This document shows, piece after piece, positions 40,075 to 50,300 of a stretch of DNA of 64,000 bases. Positions within the stretch are counted from its first letter, which is position 1, and each line of letters begins with the position of its first letter. Location: positions 113,677 to 177,676 of the forward strand of contig CAWJBB010000046.1 in the NCBI GenBank assembly GCA_963840855.1, read 5' to 3'. This DNA comes from an uncultured delta proteobacterium. GTDB lineage: Bacteria; Desulfobacterota; Binatia; UBA9968. The notes beneath the pieces were generated by a model, which had not been told where the DNA came from, ran no database searches, and saw only the letters and a list, made by a program, of their open reading frames with translations. A program made the translations under genes and the position numbers.

Positions 40075-41144
40075 CAACTATGCAACGAGCGATCGCCGGG
40101 CTCATTCTAATGTCTTTACTCTCTTGGTTGGACTTCGCGCCGACGTGGGCTGCGCAAACTCAGGGGGAGCTCGATGCCCTCAATGAAGGGCTCAAATTGC
40201 ACGAGGCCGGAAAACCTAAGGAAGCGATCCGTGAGTACGACCGCGCCATCAAAGCCAATCCTAAACTTGCCGAGGCTTATTTCAACCGGGGCAATGCTCA
40301 CTATGACCTCGGCCAAAACATGCAAGCGTTGCGGGACTACAACGAAGTCCTGCGTTTCAATCCGAAAGACGTTGAAGCGTTGTACAACCGGGGCAATACT
40401 AACCGGCGCCTCAAAAAAGATGATTTAGCTTTGAAGGACTTCGACGCCGCTATCAAGCTCAACCCCGATGACGCGAAAATTTACGTCAATCGCGGTGCCA
40501 TCCATTTCGACGCGAAACACTACGATCTGGCGGTAAAGGATTACAGCGAGGCGATCCGCCTGGATCCGAACAACCCTGAAAATTATTATAACCGGGGCAA
40601 CGGCCTTCTGGCGCTGGACAAGAAAGAAGATGCCATCAAAGACTACGACCAGGCGCTCAACCTCGATGCCGCGTTAACGGAGGCGTATTACAATCGCGGC
40701 ATCGCCCGCGCCGACGCCGGCCAGTTTGACCGAGCGATTCAGGACTTCAACCAGGTGTTGAATCTGAATCCCAAGTCGGCCCATGCTTTTTACAATCGCG
40801 CTTTAGCCAAAACAAAGTTGGGCCACCATGAAGCGGCGATCGAGGACTATAGCGAAGTCATCCGCCTCGATCCCAAAGATCCGGAAGCTGTTTTCAATCG
40901 CGGGCTCGCTTATTTGAAAACTGAAAAATACGATCGCGCCGCGCGGGATTTCACCGAAGTGATCCGCATGCAGCCGAGCAACGCCGATGCGCATATCTAC
41001 CGGGGCGTACTTAGACTCTACCAGAACAAAGACAAAGACGCGGAGGCGGACTTTAAGAAAGCATTTCAGCTTAACCCTGGGCTCAAGAAAAAGTTACAGC
41101 CGTTCATCGACGAGGCCAGAGCCAAGGCTCGAGCAAAGGATTGA
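40071..41144 (+). CDS. Secreted TPR protein
   Basis: AY.NRG..DY TPR repeats. Confidence 0.9.
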   Translation: MTTMQRAIAGLILMSLLSWLDFAPTWAAQTQGELDALNEGLKLHEAGKPKEAIREYDRAIKANPKLAEAYFNRGNAHYDLGQNMQALRDYNEVLRFNPKDVEALYNRGNTNRRLKKDDLALKDFDAAIKLNPDDAKIYVNRGAIHFDAKHYDLAVKDYSEAIRLDPNNPENYYNRGNGLLALDKKEDAIKDYDQALNLDAALTEAYYNRGIARADAGQFDRAIQDFNQVLNLNPKSAHAFYNRALAKTKLGHHEAAIEDYSEVIRLDPKDPEAVFNRGLAYLKTEKYDRAARDFTEVIRMQPSNADAHIYRGVLRLYQNKDKDAEADFKKAFQLNPGLKKKLQPFIDEARAKARAKD

Positions 41145-41269
41145 ATCCGATGATCATCGGTTTAGATCGTCACGCGTACGGCGCAGCACCGGTAGAACGG
41201 CGTCCATTGACTTGTCATGGGGTTTTCCGATAGCTATCGAACACAACTCATAGATACGGGAGGTGTGTC

Positions 41270-41938
41270 ATGGGACAAATCGTCACTTTCAAACGGCCGG
41301 ACGGCAATGATTGTAACGGCTATCTCGCCAGTCCCGCCGCCGGCGATCAAGGGCCGGGGGTGGTTGTCATTCAAGAGTGGTGGGGTCTCAACGATCAGAT
41401 CAAGGGCGTTGCCGATAGATTCGCGGCCCTCGGTTATCGCGCTTTGGTGCCGGACCTATACAAAGGAAAAGTGGCCCTCGATGTCGCCGAGGCCAAACAC
41501 ATGATGACCAACCTCAACTTCGGCGACGCGGCCACTCAAGATGTTCGCGGGGCGACACAATATTTGAAGCAATCCAGCCCCAAGGTCGGCGTGGTCGGAT
41601 TCTGCATGGGCGGCGCCCTCACTGTGCTGGCGGCGATGTATGTTAAAGAAGCGAACGCCTGCTCGTCGTGGTATGGATTTCCACCCGAACAAGCGGGCGA
41701 CGTGAAGACCATCACGACACCGTTGCAGTTGCACTTTGCGGAGCAAGACCAGTCGTTCAGCCCGGAGGGGGCGCGCGGCCTGGAAGCCAAGCTCAAAGAA
41801 GGCAAAGTCCCTTTTGAGTCCTACTGGTATAATGCCGGCCACGCCTTTTTCAACGAAAAAGGGCCGAACTATAACGCGGAAAGCGCCAAGCTCGCCTGGG
41901 ACCGCACCGTCGCCTTTTTCGCCAAACATTTAAAGTAA
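41270..41938 (+). CDS. Dienelactone hydrolase family protein
   Basis: QEWWGL, GFCMGG, AGHAF. Confidence 0.9.
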   Translation: MGQIVTFKRPDGNDCNGYLASPAAGDQGPGVVVIQEWWGLNDQIKGVADRFAALGYRALVPDLYKGKVALDVAEAKHMMTNLNFGDAATQDVRGATQYLKQSSPKVGVVGFCMGGALTVLAAMYVKEANACSSWYGFPPEQAGDVKTITTPLQLHFAEQDQSFSPEGARGLEAKLKEGKVPFESYWYNAGHAFFNEKGPNYNAESAKLAWDRTVAFFAKHLK

Positions 41939-42068
41939 GCTAGTGGTTCAATTTAGTTTCAACTGGCCCCCGCTTCATTCCCGCGACGCGGGGGGATGAA
42001 GGAGGGGGATTAAACGGCTTGAACGATTGAAACTTTTTGCACGGGCGCAGTGACACTCCTATATAACA

Positions 42069-42566
42069 ATGACCAAGATCAAAAAAATTCTCGCGCCGGC
42101 GGATTTGTCCGAACTTTCAACCTCGGGGCTGCGCTACGCATTGGACCTGGCGGAGTGGCAGCAGAGCGAGGTCGTCATTTACCATATCATCACCGTCGAG
42201 GAGACCCCATTTCCGCAAGGCAAGGAAGATTGGGTCACGACGCAAGCCGAACACCCAAAAGTCAAAAGAATTCTTGAGCAGCGCCGCAAGCGGCTCGATG
42301 CTTTTGTGCGGGCGAATTTCCCCGATGGGCTCCCCAACGGCAAAGTGCGCCAGGAGGTAGCCATCGGCACACCATATAAAGCGATCGTTGACGCCGCTGT
42401 GGCTGAAGGCGTGGACCTGATCGTCATGTCCACCCATGGCCGCACCGGCCTCGCGCATATGCTCATCGGCAGCGTCACGGAAAGAGTTTTGCGCCGTGCC
42501 CCCTGCCCCGTCCTTGCCGTCCCCCCGCCGATGAAAGCGAAACGGCCGACCAAACAGACCTCTTGA
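42069..42566 (+). CDS. Universal stress protein
   Basis: DLIVMSTHGRTG..GSVTERVLR.APCPVL. Confidence 0.9.
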   Translation: MTKIKKILAPADLSELSTSGLRYALDLAEWQQSEVVIYHIITVEETPFPQGKEDWVTTQAEHPKVKRILEQRRKRLDAFVRANFPDGLPNGKVRQEVAIGTPYKAIVDAAVAEGVDLIVMSTHGRTGLAHMLIGSVTERVLRRAPCPVLAVPPPMKAKRPTKQTS

Positions 42567-42737
42567 ATTCCGAAATAACCGCACAAAGAAGCTGCGCGCA
42601 GCCGGTTCAAGTAGTTCAAGCCGTCCGAAGCGAAAAGAGTTTATTGAACAATGAACGTATTGAACGATTTGAACGTTTGGAACATACCCGAGCGGAAGGC
42701 GTGCCTTCGTGGTGAGACTAGTCAACACGGCCGGTTT

Positions 42738-43898
42738 TTATCCGTCTCTAACTACACTCCCTGCGCTCGTGCGCACGAGGGCCGCCTTCGCCGGGTCGCG
42801 AATGATCCCTTTTGGGTCCGTGCCCGCCCGCGCCGCCTGTATGGCCTCGCGCAAGATTCTCCGGAACATAATCACACCCTTGTCCGAAGTGACCAAATGC
42901 TCTAGACCATGCAGCGCGATGGGCCCCTGGCCCTCGACGGCCTCTTTGTCGTCGGGGTGACGCTGCGTGTATTCGTAACTTACATCTCGGCGTCCGCCTG
43001 GCGCCAATTGCTCCCGGCCGCTCAGTTGATCCTGCCCGTGTTCGGGCAGCCAACGGATGCTCGCCCCTAATTGATGGGTATCGTCGACGGGCACGCAGTA
43101 GGTTACCGCATGGACGCGTGCCGTTTTGGGCTCATCGGTATAGACGAGATGAACGTTGAGCGGCATGAGCATTTCCCAGATAAGCTCCCACCATTTGCCG
43201 TTGGGCAGTTTGCGCGTGAGCACGAAGCGCATGCCCATTTCTGTTTCTTCATACTTGAGCTCCTGGGGATCGATGCCATAAGCGGGTGACGGAAACTGAG
43301 GTTTGCTGTGCAGCGTGTGCAGCCAAAAAGTATGCAGCGCGTCCATCAGGTTTTCTTCCGCCTGGAGCCAATTGCAGTTAACCGGCCCGCCAACCCGAGG
43401 CCCTATGCGCGCCTTCAACATGCCGCCATCGTTGCGCCAGATGTCATAGATCGGAAACTCGGGAATCTTTTCCGGCGGTCCCATGTACGCGAAGAGCAAG
43501 CCGCTGAATTCGCGCACCGGATAACAGGGGTGTTGAAGCTGTTTGAGGAAGGGGTTGTTGGGCGGCTCCAGAGGCATGTCAAGAATGTTGCCTTCGACGT
43601 CGTAGAGCCAGCCGTGATAGCAGCACCTAAGCCCGCGCTCTTCCACCTTGCCGTACTCCAACGAAGCGCCGCGGTGGCTGCAGCGAAAAAAGAGCAATCC
43701 CGCCCTGCCCCTGCCGTCGCGAAACGCGACCAATTCCTCGCCGAGAACCAGCACGCGCTTGGGCAAATCGGTTAGCTCCGCAGACAGACACACCGGCTGC
43801 CAGTAACGGCGCATCAGCTCGCCGCAAGGCGTCCCCGGACCCACCCGAGTCAGCTCGGGATCGGGCTCGGGAACTCTTAAGCCATAGGCGCTCTTCAT
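42738..43898 (-). CDS. Rieske non-heme iron oxygenase (phthalate dioxygenase-like)
   Basis: CSHRG..CCYHGW, ENLMD.LH..LH. Confidence 0.9.
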   Translation of the reverse strand: MKSAYGLRVPEPDPELTRVGPGTPCGELMRRYWQPVCLSAELTDLPKRVLVLGEELVAFRDGRGRAGLLFFRCSHRGASLEYGKVEERGLRCCYHGWLYDVEGNILDMPLEPPNNPFLKQLQHPCYPVREFSGLLFAYMGPPEKIPEFPIYDIWRNDGGMLKARIGPRVGGPVNCNWLQAEENLMDALHTFWLHTLHSKPQFPSPAYGIDPQELKYEETEMGMRFVLTRKLPNGKWWELIWEMLMPLNVHLVYTDEPKTARVHAVTYCVPVDDTHQLGASIRWLPEHGQDQLSGREQLAPGGRRDVSYEYTQRHPDDKEAVEGQGPIALHGLEHLVTSDKGVIMFRRILREAIQAARAGTDPKGIIRDPAKAALVRTSAGSVVRDG

Positions 43899-44109
43899 CG
43901 GGTTTCCTCCCGGGTAATTGATTCGATGGGTTGTGGCCGAGGGGATCACAAACAACATACATCTCCTGAATTCTTGTTGCCAAGCGGCCAACCGGTTTCT
44001 TACACAGCGTTTCTACATTTGATAATGCCGGCGATAATCCATATAGAGGAGTTGATGGATCTCACCATGCCGCGAACCGTCGTAACACTTCACCGGAGGA
44101 TGAACGCCG

Positions 44110-45690
44110 ATGGGTGAGACCCGCGTCGACCTCTTACATCTCCTCGAAGACCTGCGGGATGCTTATCCCGGCTCCCTCGAGGAGACGATTCTCACCGAGA
44201 TCATGGCCAATTCCCTGGACTCGGGAGCGACGAACATTTCCTTTGACAGCGATCCGGCGGCGCGCACTCTCACCGCCGTGGACAATGGCAGCGGCATGCA
44301 GCGGCGCGAGCTGGCGCGCTTTCACGACATCGCGGCGAGCACCAAGAAGCGCGGCCAGGGCATCGGCTTTGCCGGCGTCGGCATCAAGCTTGGCCTGCTC
44401 GTGTGCGAGGAGGTATACGCCGAGACGCGCCGGAAAAAAACCCATGTGGCAAGTTCCTGGCGGTTGTCGTCGCGCCATCGCGCGCCGTGGAAATGGGCGC
44501 CGCCCGCCGGCTTGGTCTCGGAGCGCGGCACGGCGGTCCGGCTCAAGCTGCAGAACGCGCTGTCGCCCCTGCTCGATCCCGGATTTCTGGAAACCATACT
44601 GCGCCGCCACTTCCAACCGCTGCTCGACCCGGCTTTCGATGAATTCTTGTCGGCACACTATCCGAAGGGCATTGCTATCAGAGTCAACGGTCAACCGCTG
44701 GATAAGCAATCATGGACCGCCGCGCACCATGCGCCCTTGGAAATTCGCATGCTGCGCAAGCGCAAGCCTTCCGCGCTTGGTTACCTTAACCGGGAAGAGC
44801 TGCCTGTTTCGGAGGATCGGCGCGGCATCGCCGTCAGCACATTCGGCAAAGTCATCAGGCGCGGTTGGGACTGGATGGGGATGACGCCCGCCACCCCGGA
44901 ACGCATCGGTGGCCTGATCGAAGTGCCGGATTTAGCGGCTTGCTTGACACTCAATAAAGGCGACTTTATCCGCGCCGGCGCCCGCGGCGCCACTTATCTG
45001 GCGTTTCGCAAAGTGATTCAAGAAGCGGTTTCCCGGCAACTCGCCACCTGGGGCGACGCACCGTCGTCTAGCGCGGAAGCGCCGCCGCGGGAAGTGCGAC
45101 CGTTGCAGCGCGACCTGACGCATATGCTCGAGGACCTCGCGGCCGATTTTCCCCTGCTCGCGTCGCTCGTGGAGCAACGCGCCGGCGGGCAAAAAAAGCT
45201 CCCCCTCGGCGGCAATGGCGACGCCCAAGCGGCTCGCTCTTTCATGGCTGCGTCGGTCATCCAACGCGCGGAAGACGTGAGCCAAAATGGCGACGCGGCC
45301 GCTCCTGAATCCAACGGTGGTGAGGGTTCTACCGAAACGATAGCAGAGGCGCAAGCCGCCCAGGAGGCTTCGCCCTTACGATTGCCAGCCAGGGGAGGCA
45401 GCCGCCGCCCGGCGCATTACGGTCTCGTCATAGAATTTGAAGACCGCGCCGAGGATGCGGAGATCGGCCGTCTGGTGGATTCCACCGTCTGGGTCAACCG
45501 CGCGCACCCCGCTTACCGGCGCGCTCTGGCCTCGCGCTCCATCGGCTATCACATTGCCCTAGCCGTCGCCATGGCGCTGGCTCCTTTGGCAGTTGAAGCG
45601 GCTAACGAACATCGTTTCGTCACCGCGTTTCTGTCGTGCTGGGGGGCGGTGGTCGATAGGCCCGGCGCGCGCAGCCGGGCAAGGGCGTAA
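44110..45690 (+). CDS. GHKL (HATPase_c) ATPase domain protein
   Basis: EIMANSLDSGA, DNGSGM, IGFAGVG, GTAV. Confidence 0.8.
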   Translation: MGETRVDLLHLLEDLRDAYPGSLEETILTEIMANSLDSGATNISFDSDPAARTLTAVDNGSGMQRRELARFHDIAASTKKRGQGIGFAGVGIKLGLLVCEEVYAETRRKKTHVASSWRLSSRHRAPWKWAPPAGLVSERGTAVRLKLQNALSPLLDPGFLETILRRHFQPLLDPAFDEFLSAHYPKGIAIRVNGQPLDKQSWTAAHHAPLEIRMLRKRKPSALGYLNREELPVSEDRRGIAVSTFGKVIRRGWDWMGMTPATPERIGGLIEVPDLAACLTLNKGDFIRAGARGATYLAFRKVIQEAVSRQLATWGDAPSSSAEAPPREVRPLQRDLTHMLEDLAADFPLLASLVEQRAGGQKKLPLGGNGDAQAARSFMAASVIQRAEDVSQNGDAAAPESNGGEGSTETIAEAQAAQEASPLRLPARGGSRRPAHYGLVIEFEDRAEDAEIGRLVDSTVWVNRAHPAYRRALASRSIGYHIALAVAMALAPLAVEAANEHRFVTAFLSCWGAVVDRPGARSRARA

Positions 45691-45804
45691 AGCAGAAGAG
45701 TTATGTTACAGGATCTCCTCCAGGCAATTTTTCTTGACAGGTTTAACTCGGAGCACTAGCTTCAAATATCGGCTCCGTCCCCGACCGCGAAAGGAAGCAA
45801 TCCA

Positions 45805-46887
45805 ATGGCCAACTCATTTCCCATCATCGATGCTGACGCCCATGTAATCGAAACCGAGCATACTTGGGATTATCTGGGGACATCCGAACGCAAGTATCGA
45901 CCGATGCTGTTCTCCACGCCCGAGGACGCGACGCGCCAGTATTGGGTGATCGACGATAAGATCGCCGGTTTCCGTTTTCTCACGCTCAACGAGCGCGAGC
46001 TCCACGAATTCGCCCAGCGTGCCGGGCGAAATTTCGAGACGCCCCAGGCCGCCCGCGAACTGGACGATGTCGATTTGCGCCTAAAGCACATGGACGAACT
46101 GGGCATCGACGTGCAGGTGCTGCACAACACCTTTTGGATCGAGCGCATCACCACCAGACCCGAGGCCGAAGTCGCCCTGTGCCGTAGTTGGAACCGATGG
46201 TTGGCGGATATTTCCAAGAAAAGCCGCGGTCGCTTGTTTTACTCCTGCGTGGTGCCGGCGATGAACATCGACGAAGCGATCGAGGAGGTCAAGTTCGCCA
46301 AGGAGAACGGCGGCGCGGCCGTTTGCATGCGCCCGCTGGAAGGCGAGCGTCATCTCTCGGATCCCTATTTTTATCCGCTCTACCAGGCCGCCAGCGATCT
46401 GGACATGTCCATCGCAGTACACATTGCCAACGGCAATCCTGAAAACGCCGATCTCTATCGCCTGGCGCCCGCCGGCCGCTTCGCCCAATTCCGTGTGCCT
46501 ACCGTGACCGCCTGCTTCGATGTCATCATGAGCGAACTGCCAATAGTGTTTCCGAAGCTCCGCTGGGGTTTCATCGAAGCGTCGGCCCAATGGGTGCCGT
46601 GGATCTACCGTGAAGCGGCGATCCGCTACCGAGCCGGCGGCAGAACTTTTCCGCGAAACGTCTTCGAGGACTACAATATTTTCGTTACCTGCCAGACCAA
46701 CGACGACATCCCTTACATCGTCCGCTGCGCCGGCGAAAATAGATTGGTGATCGGCACCGACTACGGCCACACCGATCCATCCAGCGCGGTGACCGCGCTA
46801 AATGAATTTCAGCGGATGGAAGGTTTGGATTCAGCCGTTAAAGAAAAGATCCTGTCGCACAATGCCAAGGCGCTGTATGGGTTATAA
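45805..46887 (+). CDS. Amidohydrolase family 2 protein
   Basis: IDADAHV, GTDYGH. Confidence 0.9.
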   Translation: MANSFPIIDADAHVIETEHTWDYLGTSERKYRPMLFSTPEDATRQYWVIDDKIAGFRFLTLNERELHEFAQRAGRNFETPQAARELDDVDLRLKHMDELGIDVQVLHNTFWIERITTRPEAEVALCRSWNRWLADISKKSRGRLFYSCVVPAMNIDEAIEEVKFAKENGGAAVCMRPLEGERHLSDPYFYPLYQAASDLDMSIAVHIANGNPENADLYRLAPAGRFAQFRVPTVTACFDVIMSELPIVFPKLRWGFIEASAQWVPWIYREAAIRYRAGGRTFPRNVFEDYNIFVTCQTNDDIPYIVRCAGENRLVIGTDYGHTDPSSAVTALNEFQRMEGLDSAVKEKILSHNAKALYGL

Positions 46888-46908
46888 ATGGGACATCTGG
46901 CGAGAGTT

Positions 46909-47016
46909 TTAGCCAGGGGGCTTTCCATACCGAGTTATGACAATCTCCTGCTTTCCCGCCTCGCGCAGAAATCGCGAAAGATCATCTTTGATGTCGGACA
47001 AAGGGACTTCTCTTAT
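46909..47016 (-). pseudogene. Phd/YefM antitoxin fragment
   Basis: Manual translation IREVPLSDIKDDLSRFLREAGKQEIVITRYGKP*. Confidence 0.65.
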
Positions 47017-47039
47017 TCGGGCTTTCCTAACTGCTCCAG

Positions 47040-47200
47040 TAGCCAAGACCTCAACGGATTCGGCTGATACATCGTAAAATGCTCGAATCTCGCCAACGCG
47101 AAGTCGATATTGCGGTCATGCCAGGCCCCGCACTTGCACGGAGGTGTCGCTCCGCTCTTACTCGGAGACGATGCGCTCTTTTAACCGACCCTCTCGCTTT
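47040..47200 (-). pseudogene. RelE/ParE toxin fragment
   Basis: Manual translation PQYRLRVGEIRAFYDV. Confidence 0.6.
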
Positions 47201-47219
47201 ATACCTCTCGGATAGGCGC

Positions 47220-47264
47220 CCATAACGATCCCCTAGATAGTATTGGCGCAGCTTGCGATTAGGT
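47220..47264 (-). other. Degenerate attC-like remnant
   Basis: ACCTAAT (contains the GFA stop) ... GTTATGG. Confidence 0.35.
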
Positions 47265-47666
47265 TGGGTCCTTCTCGTACGACTTGGTACCTGGTGGTAG
47301 TTGAACCCAAGGATGTCTGCGGCAGTCATAGACCGAATCTTGAGGCGCAGGAAAGCTTGGGTCGGCGAAAGTGCCCACGGCGACGCCCACAGACGACTGT
47401 TCCTGATTCTCCTCGGTGTGGAAAACTGTTGTCCCGCAGACAGGGCAGAACCGGAATGTGAACTTGGCTCCCTGGTCACCAAGGCGAACGTACTCTGTTG
47501 CTGTACCAAAGACCTTGTACGGGGCGGCGAAGCTAGCTAAAGCTGCAAAGACACTGCCGGTTCGACGCTGACAGGCTAGGCAGTGACAAACGCCGACTCC
47601 GCGTGGTTCTCCTTGAACTTCAATGCGCAGCTGGCCGCAGGAACAAGAGGCTGTTTGAGAACGCAT
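47259..47666 (-). CDS. GFA (CENP-V-like) zinc-binding protein, probable gene cassette
   Basis: CSCG, CHCLACQRRTGS, FCPVCGT. Confidence 0.85.
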   Translation of the reverse strand: MRSQTASCSCGQLRIEVQGEPRGVGVCHCLACQRRTGSVFAALASFAAPYKVFGTATEYVRLGDQGAKFTFRFCPVCGTTVFHTEENQEQSSVGVAVGTFADPSFPAPQDSVYDCRRHPWVQLPPGTKSYEKDPT

Positions 47667-47695
47667 TGAGCACCTCGTTGGATATTGCTCGTGTC

Positions 47696-47753
47696 GCCTA
47701 AACCGCTTAGGATGAGCGACGTGTTTTTCGCGTTCGCTCCATCCTTTTGTGCC
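47696..47753 (-). other. attC-like site
   Basis: GGATGGAGCG..CGCTCATCC inner arms with an extra base, ending GTTTAGGC. Confidence 0.55.
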
Positions 47754-47997
47754 GCTTCTTCGTTGACTCATGCGCGCCGTACAAGGCTTCAGGGGCGATA
47801 TCGACACCGTTCCAAGCGAGCGTTCCCCCTTCGATAAAGAATTTCTTAAAGAGCTTCGGATCCTTAAGAGGTTCAAAGACAGGATCTTTGAACCACTGAG
47901 AAACATCAATGTACTTCTCAGTTCCATCATCGAAACGAGTTGAAACAATAAATCCGCGTATATGACGCGCCCCAACTACTTGTGGCAGATAGCTCAT
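47707..47997 (-). CDS. DUF2442 domain protein (TA module partner)
   Basis: FDDG..D, VFEPLKD, GTLAWNGVDIAPE.LY. Confidence 0.85.
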   Translation of the reverse strand: MSYLPQVVGARHIRGFIVSTRFDDGTEKYIDVSQWFKDPVFEPLKDPKLFKKFFIEGGTLAWNGVDIAPEALYGAHESTKKRHKRMERTRKTRRSS

Positions 47998-48001
47998 AAC
48001 A

Positions 48002-48263
48002 TTACTCCAACGGTCTAATTCGATTCAGTGGACGTCCTTTCTCAACATTCCTCCAATTTATCATTAGTTCGAGTTTGCGACGACGAGCCCAATCGCGTAC
48101 CAGCTTCCGGGCTGTTCCGAACGAAATAGATCCAGCAAGAAGCTGGCCGTTAAAGTCGAAAGTCGCCTTCTCGCCCTGAAACTCAACATGAAAATATGGA
48201 GGATTATGATCTCCGAAATACATTCGAATAATGATCCCGAAGAAAGTAGAAATGATCAGGCAT
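48002..48263 (-). CDS. DUF4160 domain protein (apparent +1 frameshift at the 5' end)
   Basis: MP-IISTFFGIIIRMYF.DHNPP. Confidence 0.8.
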
Positions 48264-48293
48264 GCCTGGCTTTTAGCATATTCGGTTATTCAG

Positions 48294-48352
48294 GCATAAC
48301 GCTACGCTCAGCCGACGCTTCCTAGCGATCGGTCTGAAGCGGTAAGTTAGGC
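48294..48352 (-). other. Integron attC site (59 bp)
   Basis: GCCTAAC (contains the hicB stop) ... TTCAGACCG/CGGCTGA arms ... GTTATGC. Confidence 0.75.
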
Positions 48353-48610
48353 CGCCACCTCTACTGTTGCGTAAAAATCCACCTGTTGTTGCGTGCGTTT
48401 TGGAGTAACCGAGCGATGTCGCGGTGAAGTTGGTCTGATGCCATCCTCGCGCATATCTTTAAGATGAAGTGTGATGGCTCTTTCGATTCTTCGCAGGGTG
48501 ACATCAATTGTCTTTCCGGTTGCAACGCACCCAGGGAGGTCGGGAACTGAGGCACCCCAATCACTGTTGGGATCTTTGTTGATACGAACCAAATACTGTA
48601 GCTTTTTCAT
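48347..48610 (-). CDS. hicB: HicB family antitoxin (no hicA partner in window)
   Basis: WGASVPDLPGCVATGKT. Confidence 0.85.
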   Translation of the reverse strand: MKKLQYLVRINKDPNSDWGASVPDLPGCVATGKTIDVTLRRIERAITLHLKDMREDGIRPTSPRHRSVTPKRTQQQVDFYATVEVAA

Positions 48611-49206
48611 TCGATGAATTGCTCAGGCTTGGCATTAACCGCTTGCGGCATGTTCCTGAACTCGTCGAGTACCGCTCTCACCTCGTCCAAAGTTGGAAAC
48701 GGCCGCGGCTGGATAAACTTCAATGCATAGCGGTAACCGTCTTCGAGAATATCCGCATCGCTAATGCGCATGTATTTTCTCAGCGCGTTCACGGCGAACT
48801 CTTTTCGTGTCCGGATGGCGTGGATTCCCTCGATCTCGCCCCGGAGAAAATTGAGCACCATCGCGCGCTGGCGCTGGATGAAACTTCGCGTGGTCGCGAT
48901 CACGGTCGCGGGATATTTGTAGTTGAGACTCTCGAAATCCGCCATTTCTTTGAGGCCCGCCTTCTTGGCGGCCGAGAGCGCTGGCGGCGACATCGAGCCG
49001 CCGGAAATAGCGCGATTACGGCCGCCATGATCGAGACCATATTTCTTAAAATAGCCGCCCTCCTGCGCAACCCACGTCGCCAACGACCAGCTGCTTTCCG
49101 CGGAATAAGCCGCATTGAGTTTTGTTAACTGCGCTGCGGCGCCGGCCGGCAACCAAAGACTTAGCAGGAGAACCGCGGCCGAGACTCGTGCGATCGGGTG
49201 CGTCAT
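48607..49206 (-). pseudogene. NMT1/TauA-like ABC substrate-binding protein, internally deleted and 3'-truncated
   Basis: Signal peptide; GYFKKYGLD joined directly to the C-terminal part; only 199 aa. Confidence 0.65.
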
Positions 49207-49218
49207 AACATCTCCTTG

Positions 49219-50283
49219 CTAATAGCCTTCACCCCAGGTCACTTCGATGCCCAGTTTCCGGCCGCGAGCCCTGGTGAGAATCAGATCGGCGATGGCCAAC
49301 TCCGCGATACCCTGGCCGCCATTGTTTTTAAAGACCGTGATGTCGGCATTGCTGTGCCGCCCCGCTCTTTGTCCAATGACAATTTCCCGCAGTTCGGCGA
49401 TCGCGTTCCAGGACAATTGTCCGGCCTGGACTTGTTCGTAAATATCACCTTGTTGGTCTTGAATCGCCAACTCGCGCGAGGCGATGCCGATGACCGCGGC
49501 GCGCCGCAGGGTTTCGTTATCAAGCTCGCGTCGCTTCTGTGCGATCACGCCGGCTTGAACCATTCCGACATTGCTTCCCACGATGGAGGTCACGTGGGTT
49601 CCCTCGCGCAGCCATTCTCCCGATAAAACCGGCACGTTGGCATTGGTCGCCGCCAGAACAATGTCTGCTCCGCTGAGGGCTTCTTGAGCGCTGCCAATGG
49701 GAACCATTTCTAGAGTCAGCAAAGCGCTCATTTCCCGGGCAAACTGCTCGCGGCGCTCCCGTGTCGGACTGTAAACGTTAACTCGCGACAAGCTGCGAAT
49801 CGAATTCATCGCGATCAGATGGTTGCGCGCCTGCTTGCCCGAGCCCAGCAACGCCATTTTTACCGAATCTGACCGGCTCATCCACCTGGTACCTACCGCG
49901 CTGATCGATGCCGTCATGAGATCAGAAGTGCGCAGCGGAATGCCATCCTTAGTCATGCCCCGCTGGGTCGACGACAAGATCATCGCCACCGGCAACGCCG
50001 TGTGGATGTCGAATAACACATCGACCAATGGACTGCGCGATGGATAGATTTGCACGCCGCCGCTGACGGCGAGAATCTCGCTCTGGATGCGCAGACCGGT
50101 TTTTCCGCCCGACGGGAGCACCGCCGGCATCGAACAAAATCGGGCATCGCCGAAATGGAGCCGGCGGCGCGTGAGATTGATTTCTGGATATTTTCCCCAA
50201 TCCGAGAAAGCTTTTTCTACTGCGTCGACAGCTTCTGCCATCGTCAGCAGGCCTTCCACTTCTTCCGGCCTCAGGATCAACAT
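49219..50283 (-). CDS. Ornithine cyclodeaminase/mu-crystallin family protein
   Basis: GSGKQA, VYSPT, ATNA..PV, ITVFKNNGGQG. Confidence 0.85.
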   Translation of the reverse strand: MLILRPEEVEGLLTMAEAVDAVEKAFSDWGKYPEINLTRRRLHFGDARFCSMPAVLPSGGKTGLRIQSEILAVSGGVQIYPSRSPLVDVLFDIHTALPVAMILSSTQRGMTKDGIPLRTSDLMTASISAVGTRWMSRSDSVKMALLGSGKQARNHLIAMNSIRSLSRVNVYSPTRERREQFAREMSALLTLEMVPIGSAQEALSGADIVLAATNANVPVLSGEWLREGTHVTSIVGSNVGMVQAGVIAQKRRELDNETLRRAAVIGIASRELAIQDQQGDIYEQVQAGQLSWNAIAELREIVIGQRAGRHSNADITVFKNNGGQGIAELAIADLILTRARGRKLGIEVTWGEGY

Positions 50284-50300
50284 GAAGCCCCTCCGTATTA

